DNA from: Phoronis australis
Taxonomy: Eukaryota > Animalia > Phoronida
Length of the DNA stretch: 64,000 nt
Reading direction: 5' to 3'
Assembly (NCBI GenBank): GCA_002633005.1
Contig: NMRA01000115.1
Span: 246,104-310,103 of the forward strand
This document shows, in pieces, positions 11,802 to 26,000 of this stretch. The notes under the pieces are model-generated. The model saw nothing but the letters and a program-made list of their open reading frames with translations, searched no databases and was not told where the DNA came from. Every line of letters starts with the position of its first letter. Positions within the stretch are counted from its first letter, which is position 1. The position numbers and the translations under genes are program-made.

Positions 11802-14800
11802 TGCACCGACACATACACAACTTCTTCGCGCTAACCGCGTTGTATGCCTATCAATGTCACAGTGTAGCAAGGCGGTAGCAGGCGCTCTTAGAGAAGCCGA
11901 GAAGAGCTTAAGCTCTGGCGGCAGAATTTGTTATGTTGGAGCGGGGGGTGTTGGAATACTATCGCTAATAGACGCTTCTGAATGTCTTCCGACGTTTGGC
12001 TCAGGTGAGAGAGTGGCTACGTCAAAATGAACAGGTTGGTTTTATAGAAACCATGCAAGCATTCGCTATTTAAGTCTTTGCTATTAAATAGTCGTTATCC
12101 ATTTTCTTTCGGTCTTGTTAGACAATTTATGTTGCATTTGTTTCATAATAAGTGTCCCATGGCAGTGTCTGTTACTAGTAGAGTTTGTGTGCGTTAAACA
12201 TCTGTTAAACTTATGTCTACGCTATGCAAAGACCTACATGTACAGGGCCACGAACATATTGTTTTTATCACGGTGTCGGAAATCTTATCACACCGGCCTG
12301 TGTATGCTTGGAATTGTGTTTGATGTCACGTGCAGTTTCGTCCCACTTCTGATAGCAGGTCTTCCATTGACTCTCAGAAGGTTGACTTGTCTTAAGTTGG
12401 CTACGTGGGAACCTCTAATTGTCACTCTTACCCGAGGGTGCCCGTTACAATTTTTGTCTGGCGACCAAAATGTCTGCTCACAGGAACACACATCTGTCCC
12501 GGTCTGATTGGAAACCCATCATCTGTGTCCCTCAAAACTCAGGATTCAGATTCTGATGTATTCAGGATTAAACAAATATCGGTCATGAAGACGGTGCTAA
12601 TCAATTGTACTTTCCAATTGCTCTTTCGTCTTCAGGCTTGAACGACGTGCGCGGATTTCTTGAAGGTGGATATGTATCTTTACAAAATAAGGAAGGAGAC
12701 TTATCGAACCTGGTAAGTTTTATCGTTTTGTTGTGCTCATGGCACCACGTTTATGATGACGAAGGAGTAGATGTGATGCATATAATCTGCGAATACATGA
12801 CGTTACTTCTATCAATAATGCTGAACAATGTTCCCTTTACAAATGGGAGGTGCGTTTTGTTTCTTGTGGTTAAGCATTTTGTCAAGGGGAAAAGAATCCC
12901 AATTCTGTACATGTACTCCAACTACATGTATGTGAAATGACTTCCACGTAAACTGTTGTTTACACGTGAACTGTTTACGTGGATAGCTTTTCCTCAAGTT
13001 CCAAACTTTTCATTTATTTACAACACGGTATAAAATGACAAGTTAGTGTGCCGAGTAACAATTTCTTGGAATTATTTGCAGGGGGAGGATTTTCATATTT
13101 CAACTCAGCACTTCGAGAACGCAATCCTACCAACGTTGAAGGACCGGGACTTGGTCATTTCACTAATAAGTAAGGCGACCTAATGGTTGGTATACACCTT
13201 TGCGGAGCCATTTTGAAAAATCTGGGATTATTTTATTCATAGTCTGTGGTGCATTATGGTTACATTGTGAAATGTAGGTCGTTAAGTACAGTTGTACATG
13301 TAAATGTCGTGACTTGTACATGTGCAGTCTGAAAAGGTAATTGTGCCTTTTGCGTCACATATACAAAGTGGGATAGCAGTCATCCAAAGCAGCGTCGGGA
13401 GTAGAGACGTAGATGAACGCCCACAATCTCAACAACCAGAAGCTAAGTTTATCATAGATGTGAGGTATATCTATTCAAAATTGACTGCCAGCTTATCGAG
13501 TAGAAGATTGCCGGAGTGACAATTTCTGGACTGTGGGTCGTATGACTTGTATCCGACAAATCTGCGCTCTGCAATAGGCGCGCATTTAATTTCGCTATCC
13601 CTAAAATGGTCAATGCCGAGAAGCAGCACAGGTGTATGGGTTCTTTATGTGCACTTGTATTCTAAGTACGTGTATGTCGGTCTGTTTTTCCTGACGGTTG
13701 TTTCAAACATTGCAGGTGAGAAGGACAGCACAGTGCTCACTGGTACCAGAAATCATACGTATGTCGTGTTGGATGAGTGTCCTCGTCAAATGGTAACCAA
13801 ATATATTTGTGATGAAATATCCAACTGGAATAGCGGTCTTTTTGTAAAAAGTGCTGTTCTGGGGTTGCGCAAATGAGGCGGTTAAAACTCTAATCAAGCC
13901 GAGCTTGTGATACTACGCTATACATAGAAACGAATCGTGAACTTTGATCTGGATAAATAATCTGATAGCCGATTGTATTCTCAGTAAAAGTGAAGAAAAA
14001 TCAGAATATGGTTGAGCATTGACGCAATGAAATGCTAAAGACCTCAACGCATTTTTGGAAAATATTGAAAACTTTGGTTCATGTCCAAATAGTTTAAAAT
14101 GGTAAAAATACAAAGATTCTGAAATTCTAAGGAAAGACACGCTGTTTTATTGTTCTAAACGTTCAATTGTCTACATTAATCCACAGGACGTCGATGAAAG
14201 TCGAGTGACGAGAATGTCGCTGCCTTGGAAGCAACTATCGACAATTTTAGACGAGAATGCCCTCGATGTCAGTAAATACTTTCTTAAAGAACTACTCGCA
14301 AAGCTGACTTTAAATGTAATTTCAACGGGAGCCTTTGTCTTGTACGGAAAAGTTTACGGCAACGTGATGATTGACGTAAGCGTACGGTAAGAGTTACTTA
14401 CGCTTGCATTTTGAAGCTAAATAGTTCGAAATGAATAAATGTGTATAAATCCTAAAAATTGTTATTGTTTAAAGATAAGGATAACGCGTAACAGTTTCCG
14501 TACTGGAGTATCGGTTGTGGTGTATTCTAAACATTTCTTAACAGAACTCTTTTATTTTAGAAACACCAAATTATATCACAGAGCCGTAGGAATAGTCAAG
14601 GTAAAGTTAAGTCCCGAGAAGCCCTGAAATTGTCTTTTCATGACTACACGTACGTCTCACCCTTACTCCATATGTTCTTTCTACCAAAATTGTAGCGTAT
14701 AATGTAGAACACTTCAGGTGGTAGTGTATGCATGCATTTGAGTTATGACAACAAAGTTGCGTTCTGTGCAAATATTACTGATTGGTCAATTGAAAGTCAC

Positions 14801-17060
14801 TTTCCGAAATACAGCACCCTTTCTATGTGGCTGTATTTACCCACGTGACGTGCATCTGCAGGGTACTTCCTCCACAGCACAACACTCTGCATTTTAGCAA
14901 CTTGGCCTTCGTCATTCTGGAAGTTCTACCGTATATTGAGTTGGAATGCAGACACAGAGAGTTGAAAAGCTGAGTAACTAAGGTGCGATAAGTCGGTCAG
15001 TTCTTTTGTTCTCTAATTCATATCAGAAGTGTGTTCTCGACTTTACCGTTATGTAATTCGTTTTTCTACATCCACAACGGAGGTTAGTTGAATTTGAGAT
15101 GTGGGAATTCAACCTCATTGTGGGTATTGATATCATCGCTGTTGTACTTTCTGGGATTCAACACTTTATCGTAGGGATGCGTATTTGCATTTCAATGATT
15201 TCTTTAAGGAATTGTCGAACAGTTCCGAAGAGGTCGCCATTATTTCTTTAATGAAAGCTATTTACCAAGAAGATGACGTTAAAGCAGAGATGAAGTCAGC
15301 GCCAATTAGTGACCTTGTCAAGAGGGCGACTAATCAAAGCTTGGTAGGTCTCCCGATTGTGGCAATTTGCATTCTTGGAAAGTTACCATCGTTTCCCATG
15401 AAATTGATTTGATGCTTGTGGAACTGATTGATAAAAACCCTATGAATTAAAAATGGAAATCATGGGTAAGAACACGTGTTCGGTTTTTATTGAACAGCGC
15501 TTCATGCCCATCACGTTTTCCAGCCAAATCGTTATTTTCTACTGGGAATAACTCTGTTTACCAGTTGTTTATTCACCGTTCATGCTTTTATTATAACTAT
15601 CATTATCATTATCTTTACTATTATTACTATTTATGTTTACTTATAACAAAGGCCTCTGACCAGAAGTGCAATAACAGTTAATCTATACAGGCACATCAGA
15701 CATGTGTTTAGGGATAAATGGCATCACTGAATGCCATTGTCATGTCGAGTGATCAACGCTAAAATTCAATGACTGCCGTCAGAGTACTAAATACATACAG
15801 TGCGCCCGCTCAAAAGAAGAAACTTTATTTTCATGTAAAAATAAACTTGGCTCCTGAAAATATATGGTACGACTCTTATTCGACACAGATTAAACTGTGG
15901 TGTTTTTTTATTGTGCTGCATCTCTAGGTGCTGTTGTAAGATAGAAAGCATTCCCATAAAATAGACCCTGAAACTAGACCCGAAATTGACCAAAACTTCG
16001 GTCATCGTATGGATTGCTACATGCACCAATTGTCTAACACTAACATAGACACGGCGTCGCCTTTTAAGCTGAGCTCACCACTGACTTCGCCAAATTTCTC
16101 TTCGATGTTGTGCCTATCCCAATGAACTTCCTTTAAAGTCACCACCTGCTACTCCCGATGGCACGTCTACACCATACCTCGTCAAGTATACGAAAGCACC
16201 TCCATGCCGCGTCCCAAAAATCATGAGGCAAATCCGCTTACTTCAGCCTCTTTTGCTCGCTAATGGACTCTGTCATGCGGAATTCCCGGGGCACTGCAAG
16301 CCCTTAGATAACAACAATCGCCATACTATCTGTCCTTTTCAATAAATGTACAACAATAACGCCTTCAGTATTTGAATCGGAATATTTGCTAACCCAAATT
16401 TCGCATCGCAACCATTTGTCCTCTACCAAAATTGTGCAACGTTTCCCGTAACTTCCGCAAGTATCGTCTTCTAACCCTGTAATCTCAGATTCGTGTAAAG
16501 CATAGGGAGACTTCGTACGCGTCACGGAAAGGAACAAATCACCAGTATTAATGATAGGAAACATGTTCGTTGCCACATGCTCGTCCTGTGCGTTCATATT
16601 CCTTCCCGGCAATCTGTTTCCTCAGTCCAACTTTTGTATTGATAAATCCTTCTTCTCTCCCTTGCGACGTACTTCAGTCTATACCATGGAAGGACGGGTC
16701 TTTCGGTTCGGTTCTATGGCGGTTTCAAGCGAGAGTTACCTTGAATTCTACATGATGGATCGACCATAGGCAATTCCTCGACGGGATGTTCATTGACAAG
16801 AGAGATTTGGCAGTAATCAATGTAGGTTTCTCAGTCTAATCATAGAAACTGTAGGAGACTGATCTGAACCGTGCACTAAGACTGTGAACCATTTTGGTAT
16901 TGTACATGTGTGTATCTTAGATATTCGTTACTCATTGCAGGTCGTGCCAGTGGCTGTCATTCTAGCCATAAGCGGAGTCAGCGTTTCCGAAGCGAGAAGA
17001 ATTGTAACCAGTCAACGCCAAGTTCGATTGGCAATGGGTGACGTAATTGCCAACCGTTGA
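11802..17060 (+). CDS. GCKR: Glucokinase regulatory protein-like (SIS-domain, MurQ-related), 3' half only, 8 exons
   Basis: Exons 11802-12004, 12636-12712, 13082-13169, 13716-13792 (least certain), 14187-14386, 14561-14600, 15209-15343, 16941-17060. All are GT-AG and phase-compatible (~312 aa). Peptides ICYVGAGGVGILSLIDASECLPTFG, DVRGFLEGG, KLTLNVISTGAFVLYGKVYGNVMIDV, NTKLYHRA, SAPIS and VVPVAVI are colinear with the C-terminal half of vertebrate GKRP. Confidence 0.85.
16020..16612 (-). pseudogene. Degenerate extended-Tudor-domain-like coding relic in the last GCKR-like intron
   Basis: One frame with two stops: LSVTRTKSPYAL...GKRCTILVEDKWLRCEI...VIVVHLL...VVI*GLAVPREFRM...RLK*ADLPHDFWDAAWRCFRIL, which follows the eTudor layout. 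Confidence 0.4.
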
Positions 17061-18349
17061 GTAATTTTACTACCTAACATTTGTACGACATTCCGCATTT
17101 GTGAGTGTTTTGATTATATTGGCATGGTACGCGAAAAAACAGACTAAACTGCATTATTCTGAAGGAGTTTTTGGCCCTGAAAGATAATTCGGCCTGCTCA
17201 CCCGATGTTTTTCTTAAATAAAATTTAGAATTTCTGTTGATGCCAAAGCATTCTTCTTTTAGTTTCAAATAAAAAAACCTTGTCAACTGTTTGTCCCTTC
17301 GTCGATTTTTCTCCCACAAGACCAAGCACTTCTCTAATTAGTTTGGCAAGACGAAGATCAAGCTCATTTCCCTTACAGGGAAAATGTGACCATTGACCTT
17401 TAATGTAAGCAAAACAATAGCGACATTAGCAGAAGCCAGTCCGATTAAGAGCAATTGATATGTCATATCTCTTTAAAATTATTTATGAAGGTATCCTAGT
17501 ATTCAATTTTATTCTAAAACTCACCTGGAATTGTTTTTGGAACATTACTTGCTTCACTGTGATGCCTCATACTGTGCTGTCGATGTCAGACTCGGAGTGT
17601 GATCACGTATCGTAATCTGCCGTTAATAGCCATCTTGTCAGTCGGATGACTTTGAGCGCATGCGCGCATATAACTAATTGGAAGGGAGATTAGAAACTTT
17701 GTGGTGACTACAGTTTTTCCTTTGTGCGTTTTCCAAAACTCGTGTAATTTTTCTGGAAATTTCCTCACGGCGGAAAGCGAACAACTCTGTGGTAGATGTT
17801 GCGAAATGGTAATTTCGTCAGGAAGTGTTTAAAAGATATTTTGGCAATCTTTTGCGTTCCATGCCTGTTTAACAAAAACAATTTGACTACTACATTACAC
17901 TAATAGAGCTACTTTAATAAATCATAGATGAGAGCGGCTTGTTATTTTCTTTTTTACATTTTTACCTGGGATATTTGTTCCCATAATGTTCAACAATAAT
18001 TGAGAAGTGTTCAAACATCATGGACTTTGTACTCCTGTTTCTTGATCACCCCCCCCCCACGTTCCAGGCTCCCTTTGGTTTATAATTGCGTGTGCAATAA
18101 GGTTGTTTTGTAACTAATTATCCCTTTTTATCACTAATACTTATATTACTATTGGAGAGTAGCATGAAAACTCCAATGCACTTATTGGGTGAAATCGCAT
18201 TACTGTCCTTGATGTCCTAGTCCTTAATTCAAAAGTCACCAACTACCTGATTTTTAATAGTCTTTCAATAGTCTTTCATGACAAAGTTACTTTTTCTTCA
18301 GGAAACTTATCACAGTCCTCGTGGTGAAATTTGTTAGGGAATGATTGGA

Positions 18350-18930
18350 ATGGTCAAAGTTTGCCCAGTCTTGCTACAAAAATTTTTATTTGCACGAGAC
18401 TGGCAATTACAGTAATTTGGTAGAGTGTGTTGCAATTATGCTCGGTCTGGTCTAGAAAGAAATGGTGAAACAAATATATCAGTCGTAGATTTAACGACTT
18501 CAAAAGTTTCATTCTACCTTCGTGACTATTGGAGAATCCCGAAGCCTGGGTTAAGGAAACATTCATGGCGAGAGAAGCTCCATGCAGATTACTGAATGAT
18601 CAGCAAAGATATGAAACAATCTGACCCATATATCTACGAAACTGAAAGTAACATTTTCGCCTCAGTTAATAACAATCTACGGCGAGACGAGGTGTTTTTG
18701 TGTCTAATGACGTTATTGACAGAACTAGAACAATGTATCAACATCTGAAAACAAAAAATGTCATGTACCTCAATTGGAAACCAGTAACGAAAATGTTCAT
18801 CCGAGAAACGCACTAAGACTGAAGAGGACATCCTGATGAAACGGGTAATTAGTCTTACTGTGGACTTAGAGAACGAACTGAAAAATGACTAACAGGAAGA
18901 AAGGGGTACGGTTCCAATTTATTCAAACAA
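18350..18930 (-). mobile_element. Possible decayed Penelope-like reverse-transcriptase fragment
   Basis: Scattered fragments PFLPVS, FSDVDTLF and TTDIFVS occur in the order expected for the PLE RT motifs PLRPIVS, FDVxSLF and YVDDIF. Heavily frameshifted. Confidence 0.3.
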
Positions 18931-20011
18931 AAATAAAAGGTAATATTTTGATAAGTAAGCCACGGAGCTCGAAAGAACGCGAAACTAAGTCTAAATATTT
19001 TTGGGTCTGAAAAACGCAAATACTGTAAAAGACACATAGAAGAGCTATTTCATAAAAGTAGTAACTTATAAACGATATGAAACAATGATGTCATTACAGA
19101 AATTGTATGATAACGATTTATGATTGCTCATACACCCGTTGGATTAGGAGAGTAGTAACATCAGAAAACGGCAGTTGACGGGAAATCAGGTCGCAAGGTG
19201 GGTCGTATAGGCATCGGCAAATTAGCGGACCCATCCGTTGTTATAATACAAGCATTCCTCGGTAACCATTTGACGTACGCCCAAGGCCCGATGTCCATGC
19301 AACCTGTATTGTTTTATTCAAGGAAAGACGCAAAAAGGGAAAACAATGATACGTCTTATAGGTCATAACCATGCGACCAGTTTACGCCCGTCGGTCGCAA
19401 GTAAAACACTACCTTTCTAGCTGCATACTACATCAACTTAGCTGGTTCTAGGTGAAATCAGTAACGCGTGGTTTATGTGGTATCCTTTTAACAGGTCGCT
19501 ATGTGAATTTGCCTAATGTGGCTATTGATTGTATTTAGGCAGGAGTTCTTGGGCTCATGCGTGTACGAAAACGAAGCCAGGGATTTAGTTGCCTTATAGT
19601 CTCGTGTATTCAGTGCGCCGATATGGTTGACAAGATTTTTCTGCCACTCAGTCACAAGTTAGTTTGAACAACTATCTGATCCAACATTTGAAAATTAAAT
19701 CACATGTGAACACATGTCTTATCGGCTTTCTTTGTCCGCCTGCCTTCTTATTGAATTTATAAAACAAGATTGAATTTAGACAACCTAATTGAATTTTCAA
19801 AATAGGTCAGACTTATATTTCAAATGGGACTGAAAGTACTTAAAACAGCAATGAATTTCCATAATAGATTTTTATTCTTTCTTCTGCAAGCTCTGCACTT
19901 TCCGCTACCCGTGCGTAGGCACACTGTCAGCCACCTCAGTCTTCCATTCTTCAGACCATGAATTTCTGACATGATCCGCCCAGTATTCACGAAAATGCCC
20001 CGGGTTTTGGG

Positions 20012-23000
20012 TCATGGAATTATCTTTTTCATGTTTCGTAAGAAATGTATGGTAGACAACGTAGCTTGCTGAAAAACAAAAGGTAGTACTGAGCCTTTGG
20101 AGCAGCGATTCTTCGGAGTAGTGAACTTTCGGAATACTGGTCCTATCCAAGGCCAGTCCACTTGGTTGGATGAGATCAAAGCTGTCGACTTACCCTAACT
20201 TTGGGGTACGTCCGCGTGTGTCTGTGCGCTCGTATGCTTATGTGTAAAAGTATAAGTACATGTATATATAGCATACCTCACATTGGAATTTATTTGCGAC
20301 TAATATTTTTACAATGGAGCTGTTTTATTTAACAAAATAATTCATCGGCGGATGACTCGGTAGGCTCTAATGGATTCTCTTCAGTACCATGTCATATATT
20401 ATCAGCTAACATTCAACGTTGTTTAGACTTTGGCCTCTTCAATTGAATTGTGAAGATAACGGGCATTTAAAGGGGCATTTGAAGGAGCATTTCCTTTCTA
20501 TTTTCTACCTAAATATAAAAATCATAAAATCTTACTCCTCCGAAGTAGCCCCAGAATTGTCTTTGTTATTGTAAACATCAAAATTTGTCGAGAGATTTTT
20601 AATTGCGATCGATCCAAAAGGCTCCAATCTTGAAAGGTTTGGCCAGGCTGCCAAAAATTTGCCAGTAACCTGGCTGTTTCCGTAATATACTTATCGTTAT
20701 TATCATGACGTTTTTGATTTATTTTGTCAGATTTAGTAGCTCGTTCACAATTTGCTTTTTATAAAGCGAGTTAATAGTCCATGTCTCTAATCGATAAACA
20801 AAATCAGCAAACAAGATAAATAAACCAAACATGTTGAACTCTCTGAATTACGTCAGACCACTCCCAGAAATACGGTATCTGTGTACCTTCATCATATTTT
20901 ACACTCACCTTTTCCAGGAACTTGTAATCGGCCGGCTCCAGGCCAAGATCAAATGTTTGAATGTAATCGGTGTTGATTCCAATTGTCCTGTATTTGTCGA
21001 CTTCCTGAAAATTTCACATGCTCGTTACCATCTCGACGAATATACGTAAAAACATTAACATCTGGTGGACGATGCAATCGAATCACGTATCAGATAAGTG
21101 AGAGTTGAGACGGAGACATGCATGTGTACGTTCGGGTCACTCCCTGTCGGCAGGAAATGTGCACACTGTTAAACCATGTCGAGCAAGAACGTGGACACAT
21201 ATATCTAACTCGACAAACAGTACAAAGATAAAAGGTGAGCAGTGTTGCTTCCTATATGTTATACAGCAAAGTTTGTCAATCTGAAACTTAGGGAAATACC
21301 AAGTTGCCTATTAGTAAACCTTGAAAGAGATCACTAGAACATGCTGTGTGTGAGAGTAGGCCTATACTTCTAACATTTCACTCCAACTCTTCTATAAGTC
21401 AAAAAATGTCCTGCATCTGACACTCACGGAATAGCAAACCTGAATGGTCCCGATAAGGAGACTATCGATCTGATCACTTGTGTGTGACTATGTATAGCCA
21501 AGGGACAGGGCGACCATGATGCTAAGACGCAGCAAGATTTACCTTTGCCATGGCTAGATTGTTGTTTATTTGGACCGTTTCTAACACCGCTGCCAGGAAT
21601 TTTGATACGCTGTTGATTTCAATGGCTGGCACGCCGTTCATGCATTCTATGAAATTGATCTGGTGTCGCCGTTCCAGAAAGTTGATGAATTCAGCAAAGG
21701 ATATCTGAAACAGTGATATTATATACATATTCAGGTACCTTCTTTTCTTGAAAGATGGAATGACACAAAAAGATTATCTCCGTTCAACAAGCGGTTTTTG
21801 ACCACTTTCCTATATTACATATATAGCGCAATACAATGTTGTGTATCGTTGCGTAACTGCATAGCGTACGTGTAGCTACTGCGGTGGATCTGTGGTGTTG
21901 AGTTCACTTGGTTTAAATCTTAACCTACTCCCGCAATAAGTGACCTATTTGTTAAAACGCCTTTGTTTTCCGTTTTTTGTGACTTTGAACATTGGCAGAT
22001 TCTGACAGTCGCGAGGAGAGCAACCATTACAAGGTAGCTCTGAAGATATTACTTTTTAACGTTTAATCCAGTAACCAGAACTTAGTACTTAAAAGTTTTT
22101 GGCGGTATCAGGTTTGTTGTTTGTTTCATGCTGTGGCAGCACCCCTGGCCCACTTTAGCTAAGTGAGTTGAAATCGTGGTAACATTGTGGATTTATAAAT
22201 ATGCAAATGAAGTGTGCTATTATTCAGCATTCTGTTTTGTGTCGTTGCCAAACCCTACAGGTAAATTATTTTGATGCTTTCAACCATGTGGTCAGTGAGT
22301 ATAAGGGAGCTACTTTGTGGGTGGATGCTTCGAGAATATGCATAGATTATGTAAATTAAGGCAGCTATGATTGAAAATTGTACTTGTGCTTGTTGCTGAT
22401 GGTATCAGGCACCACTTGCTACAATTATAGTGATATTTGCACCCATGTTTTTGTTTCTTGCTAAAATCAGTTTGGATGTTGTTACATTATAAATTTTCAT
22501 AATTGATGCCATTAATGGCCACATTGTTTCAAATTCTGTTTAAGCCCATGATAATTTACGAGGTCTATGTGCACCATGTTATTCTGATATTTGCACACGT
22601 ATTTCTGAGATCAGTTTGCAGACCATTACCCTCATAATTTGCATAATTTATGTAAACTCAGACCTCCAAGAGTAGTTTGGGTTATCATCTTGGTTGTATG
22701 GCATAAAGTTCGAGAAACGTCTGAGCAGCTGAGCCATGTGAAACAAATTCCTATTTTTTCAGAAGTGTGCTGCGAATATGGAGAATCGTCTTGCTATTAG
22801 TGAAGTCACTGAGCTCATGCACCCGGATATTCATTTGTATAGAGTCATGTCCTCCCCATCAAGTTTAACAAACTTTAAAGATTCATTGGCGTAGAAAATG
22901 TCTTAAGCCAACAACAAAGGCACAACCTGACATGTTCAAGTAGCAAGGATTTCATATTTTACGAGTTAAGCAAACATTTTTCGCTTAAAATGTCCTCTAA

Positions 23001-26000
23001 AGAAATGATACCTGTTACAAAAACCTACAGTGTTCGACCTTTGTTACTGACAGTAGCACTTGTACCTTGGAGATTTTGGGCACCTAGTGGGTAACCATGT
23101 GCGGTGACCTATCCTTCGAACTTCTGCATTCACCGCACACGCGAATGTCGCTGCCAACCGGCAAGATCACGGTCTCGAAACGTCTAGTTTCAAATAATTG
23201 CAATAAGTACCTCGTCATCGGAATTAGCATCGAGTTCTCTAAAGATGTCGAACTTTGCCAATTCGCCAAAGAGAACCGCAATGGCATTTCTAGTCTCTTC
23301 GTCTTCCTGAAAAATAGCCATGATTATTTAGCGCAGTGCAGAGATATCATTTCTTAACCGAGGCTCCATTACAATTCCGTTTTTCCACAAATTGAAAAAA
23401 TACATTCTGACACAGGTGTTTTATTCAGTCTTATTTAGACTCTGTCGCACCAGCGAATGATACTAGAGTTTCAATCAGAGTTTGCACAGGTGAAAACATG
23501 GACACCGCGGCATATGTATTACCGCGGCAATGTATTCATCGGGCCTATTGCGTTTCGAACAGCATTGCTTACTGCATTTGACGCCCTTGATCACCTCCCA
23601 GGTTAAGCAATTTGTCCTCACAAAATGAGAACAAGTCCAATTGTCCTAAGAAAATTAAAGCTAGAGTAAGTCCATCTATTCCTACAAAGTCGAAACTAAT
23701 CCATTTTTCATTACCGAGTCAACGACTGCCTGTAACTCTTCCCTGCTTATGGTGTCGCTACTGTCTTCGTCGTTCAATTGGAATCGATTCAAGATGACGT
23801 AAGCCGCCTGTAATGCGTTAGCTTTTCTCTCGAATAGCCTCTCGTTATCAGCAAGTTCTTTAATTCTTTTTCTGTGAACAAAACCAATAAAAAACTGGGT
23901 GAATTTTTATGTATTCTCGATGCATGCAATCAAAAGATGCGGTCGTTTTACAAATTGAACGACTTCAACCATTTTAAAAATGTATCATGGAAAAGCATTA
24001 TGATTCCAGCTGATCCTAAACGATACCTACACTAAATTCGAATTCTAAGGTACAGTATTATGTGAAATCAGACTTACTTTGCTAACTTAGTTTCTGGTCT
24101 CGGAATTTTATGTTTGTGGTGAACTTTTAACTTCATCGCATCGCATTCGTCAGCAGAATACTGAAACATATACCTGTATTACCAACTGTACTGTACATTC
24201 GACACAGTTACACCATCCCCTCTGTTATTGAGGTCGCAACCTGGTAAAAAAGAGACGACCTGGCCAATGTGAAATTAATCTGGATTGCAGCCCTTTTTGG
24301 ACCACATCTGTGGAATTTGCAGTAGATGTGCTTTCAGAATTAAGTATTGACTGGTGTCGAGCACTGACAGAGAAGTGGCGATTTTGCGCTGAAAAGAGTA
24401 AATTTTGTTTTACGCCACTTTTTCTGAGCCTGGCTTCATTCTTGGTGTAAGGAGAGGGTCAAATATATGAGACAGAATAAAGTTTTGGCCGTCATACTTG
24501 GCGCATTTGAGGTGAAAAGGCTCACAAGTTTTAAATTTGTTCATAGCTTTTGGCAGATTGGAAGAAAGGCCATTGATGAGTCATGGGTGGCGCTCCATAG
24601 GGGTCTGGGGCTGTAGCCTCCCGCTTTTTTCAGTGCTGCGCCGCCTATGTAAGTGCACCATCAGGCAAAACCTAATAAGAGCTTTCTGGTGGTCCCTAAT
24701 TCGTCTTTTGTTTGGGCCCTACTGATAGTACAAACGTTACATTGACTGAATCTATGAGTAGAAAAGAATTTTCAAGTTCACAAATTATGCTTAGTACATG
24801 CAACCAAGGAATAAAATGCACGTTGAAATAACAACGTAACATACAGTGCATAACAAGGGAGATAAGGGACTGATCCTTGATTTGCCTGATAATTTTTTTT
24901 CTTTACTGTTTCATGTAGCCTAGGGTTCAATAACCATGATTTGGGGGGGTGACCATTGAACATTATTTTAAATATGCAGATTAAGAACGCCATTAGACAA
25001 AATTCAAATTTTGCTTATAATTTTCTCCCCAAACACTGCAGGCAAATTATTTTGACGTTTTCACCCATGGTCAACGAATTTAATAATGATTTTTTTTGGT
25101 GGATACATCAACAATTTGCATAATTGATGCAAATTAAGACCGCCATGATTCAAAATTCTTCTTGTGCTTATAGCTACCGTACCAAGCACCAAAAATGAAT
25201 TATCATAATAATTGTACCTATATTATTATGGTCAGTTAGTTTATTGAAATAAGTTTGCATGTTGTTTCAGGATAAATTTGCATAATTAATGCAAATTAAG
25301 GCGGTCATTGTTAAAGATTCTACTTGTGCTTATAGCTGCGGTACCAAGCACTTCAGGTAAACTATCATATTTGAACCTATGTTCCTATGGTCAATTGGGT
25401 AAATGAAAACAGTTTGCAAGTTGCACGATGAATTTGCATAATTGTTTTGCAAATAAAGGCCGCCGTTATTAAAGATTCTGTTTCTGCTCGTAACTTTCTT
25501 ACGGGGGGGGGCACAACACAGATTATTTTGGTATTTGTACTGATGAATTTAAAGGAGAACGCAACCCGATTTCTTTCGTTTTTTACCGTCTTAATCGGTC
25601 TATATCCTCATCACCTCGTGTGCGGTCGATCTCATCTCTCTGAGAGGTGTCGCGTTAACCTGTGAGGAAGGTGAGTAAACGACGCAGCGACGTCACAGGT
25701 TTTTGAGCTGTGAATGTGCCGCTATGGTATGACATAACGTGGTGTGCGAACCATGAAGCTGCGAGGAAAGCTTGTGTATCGTTTTTTTCGATTTCTTCGA
25801 GACCCCGAAATGCTTCGGAAGTGGCTCGCGGCAGTAAAGAATGAAAAGTGCGCATTAGTGTGATGCCGTAACATATCTCTGTGTCTGTGACCGGTTGTGT
25901 TCGGTTTCAAAATGAATTACTCTCACCCTCAATGGTTATGTAAAACTGAAGTAAGTGTAGATACAATGTGTAATTCATTTGGAGTGTCTATGAGTGCAAA

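Noticed and set aside
13328-13337. Possible micro-exon (TGCAG|TCTGAAAAG|GTAATT) of the GCKR-like gene
   Set aside because: Not needed: the exon 13716-13792 already joins the flanking exons in phase. Cannot be supported without transcripts.
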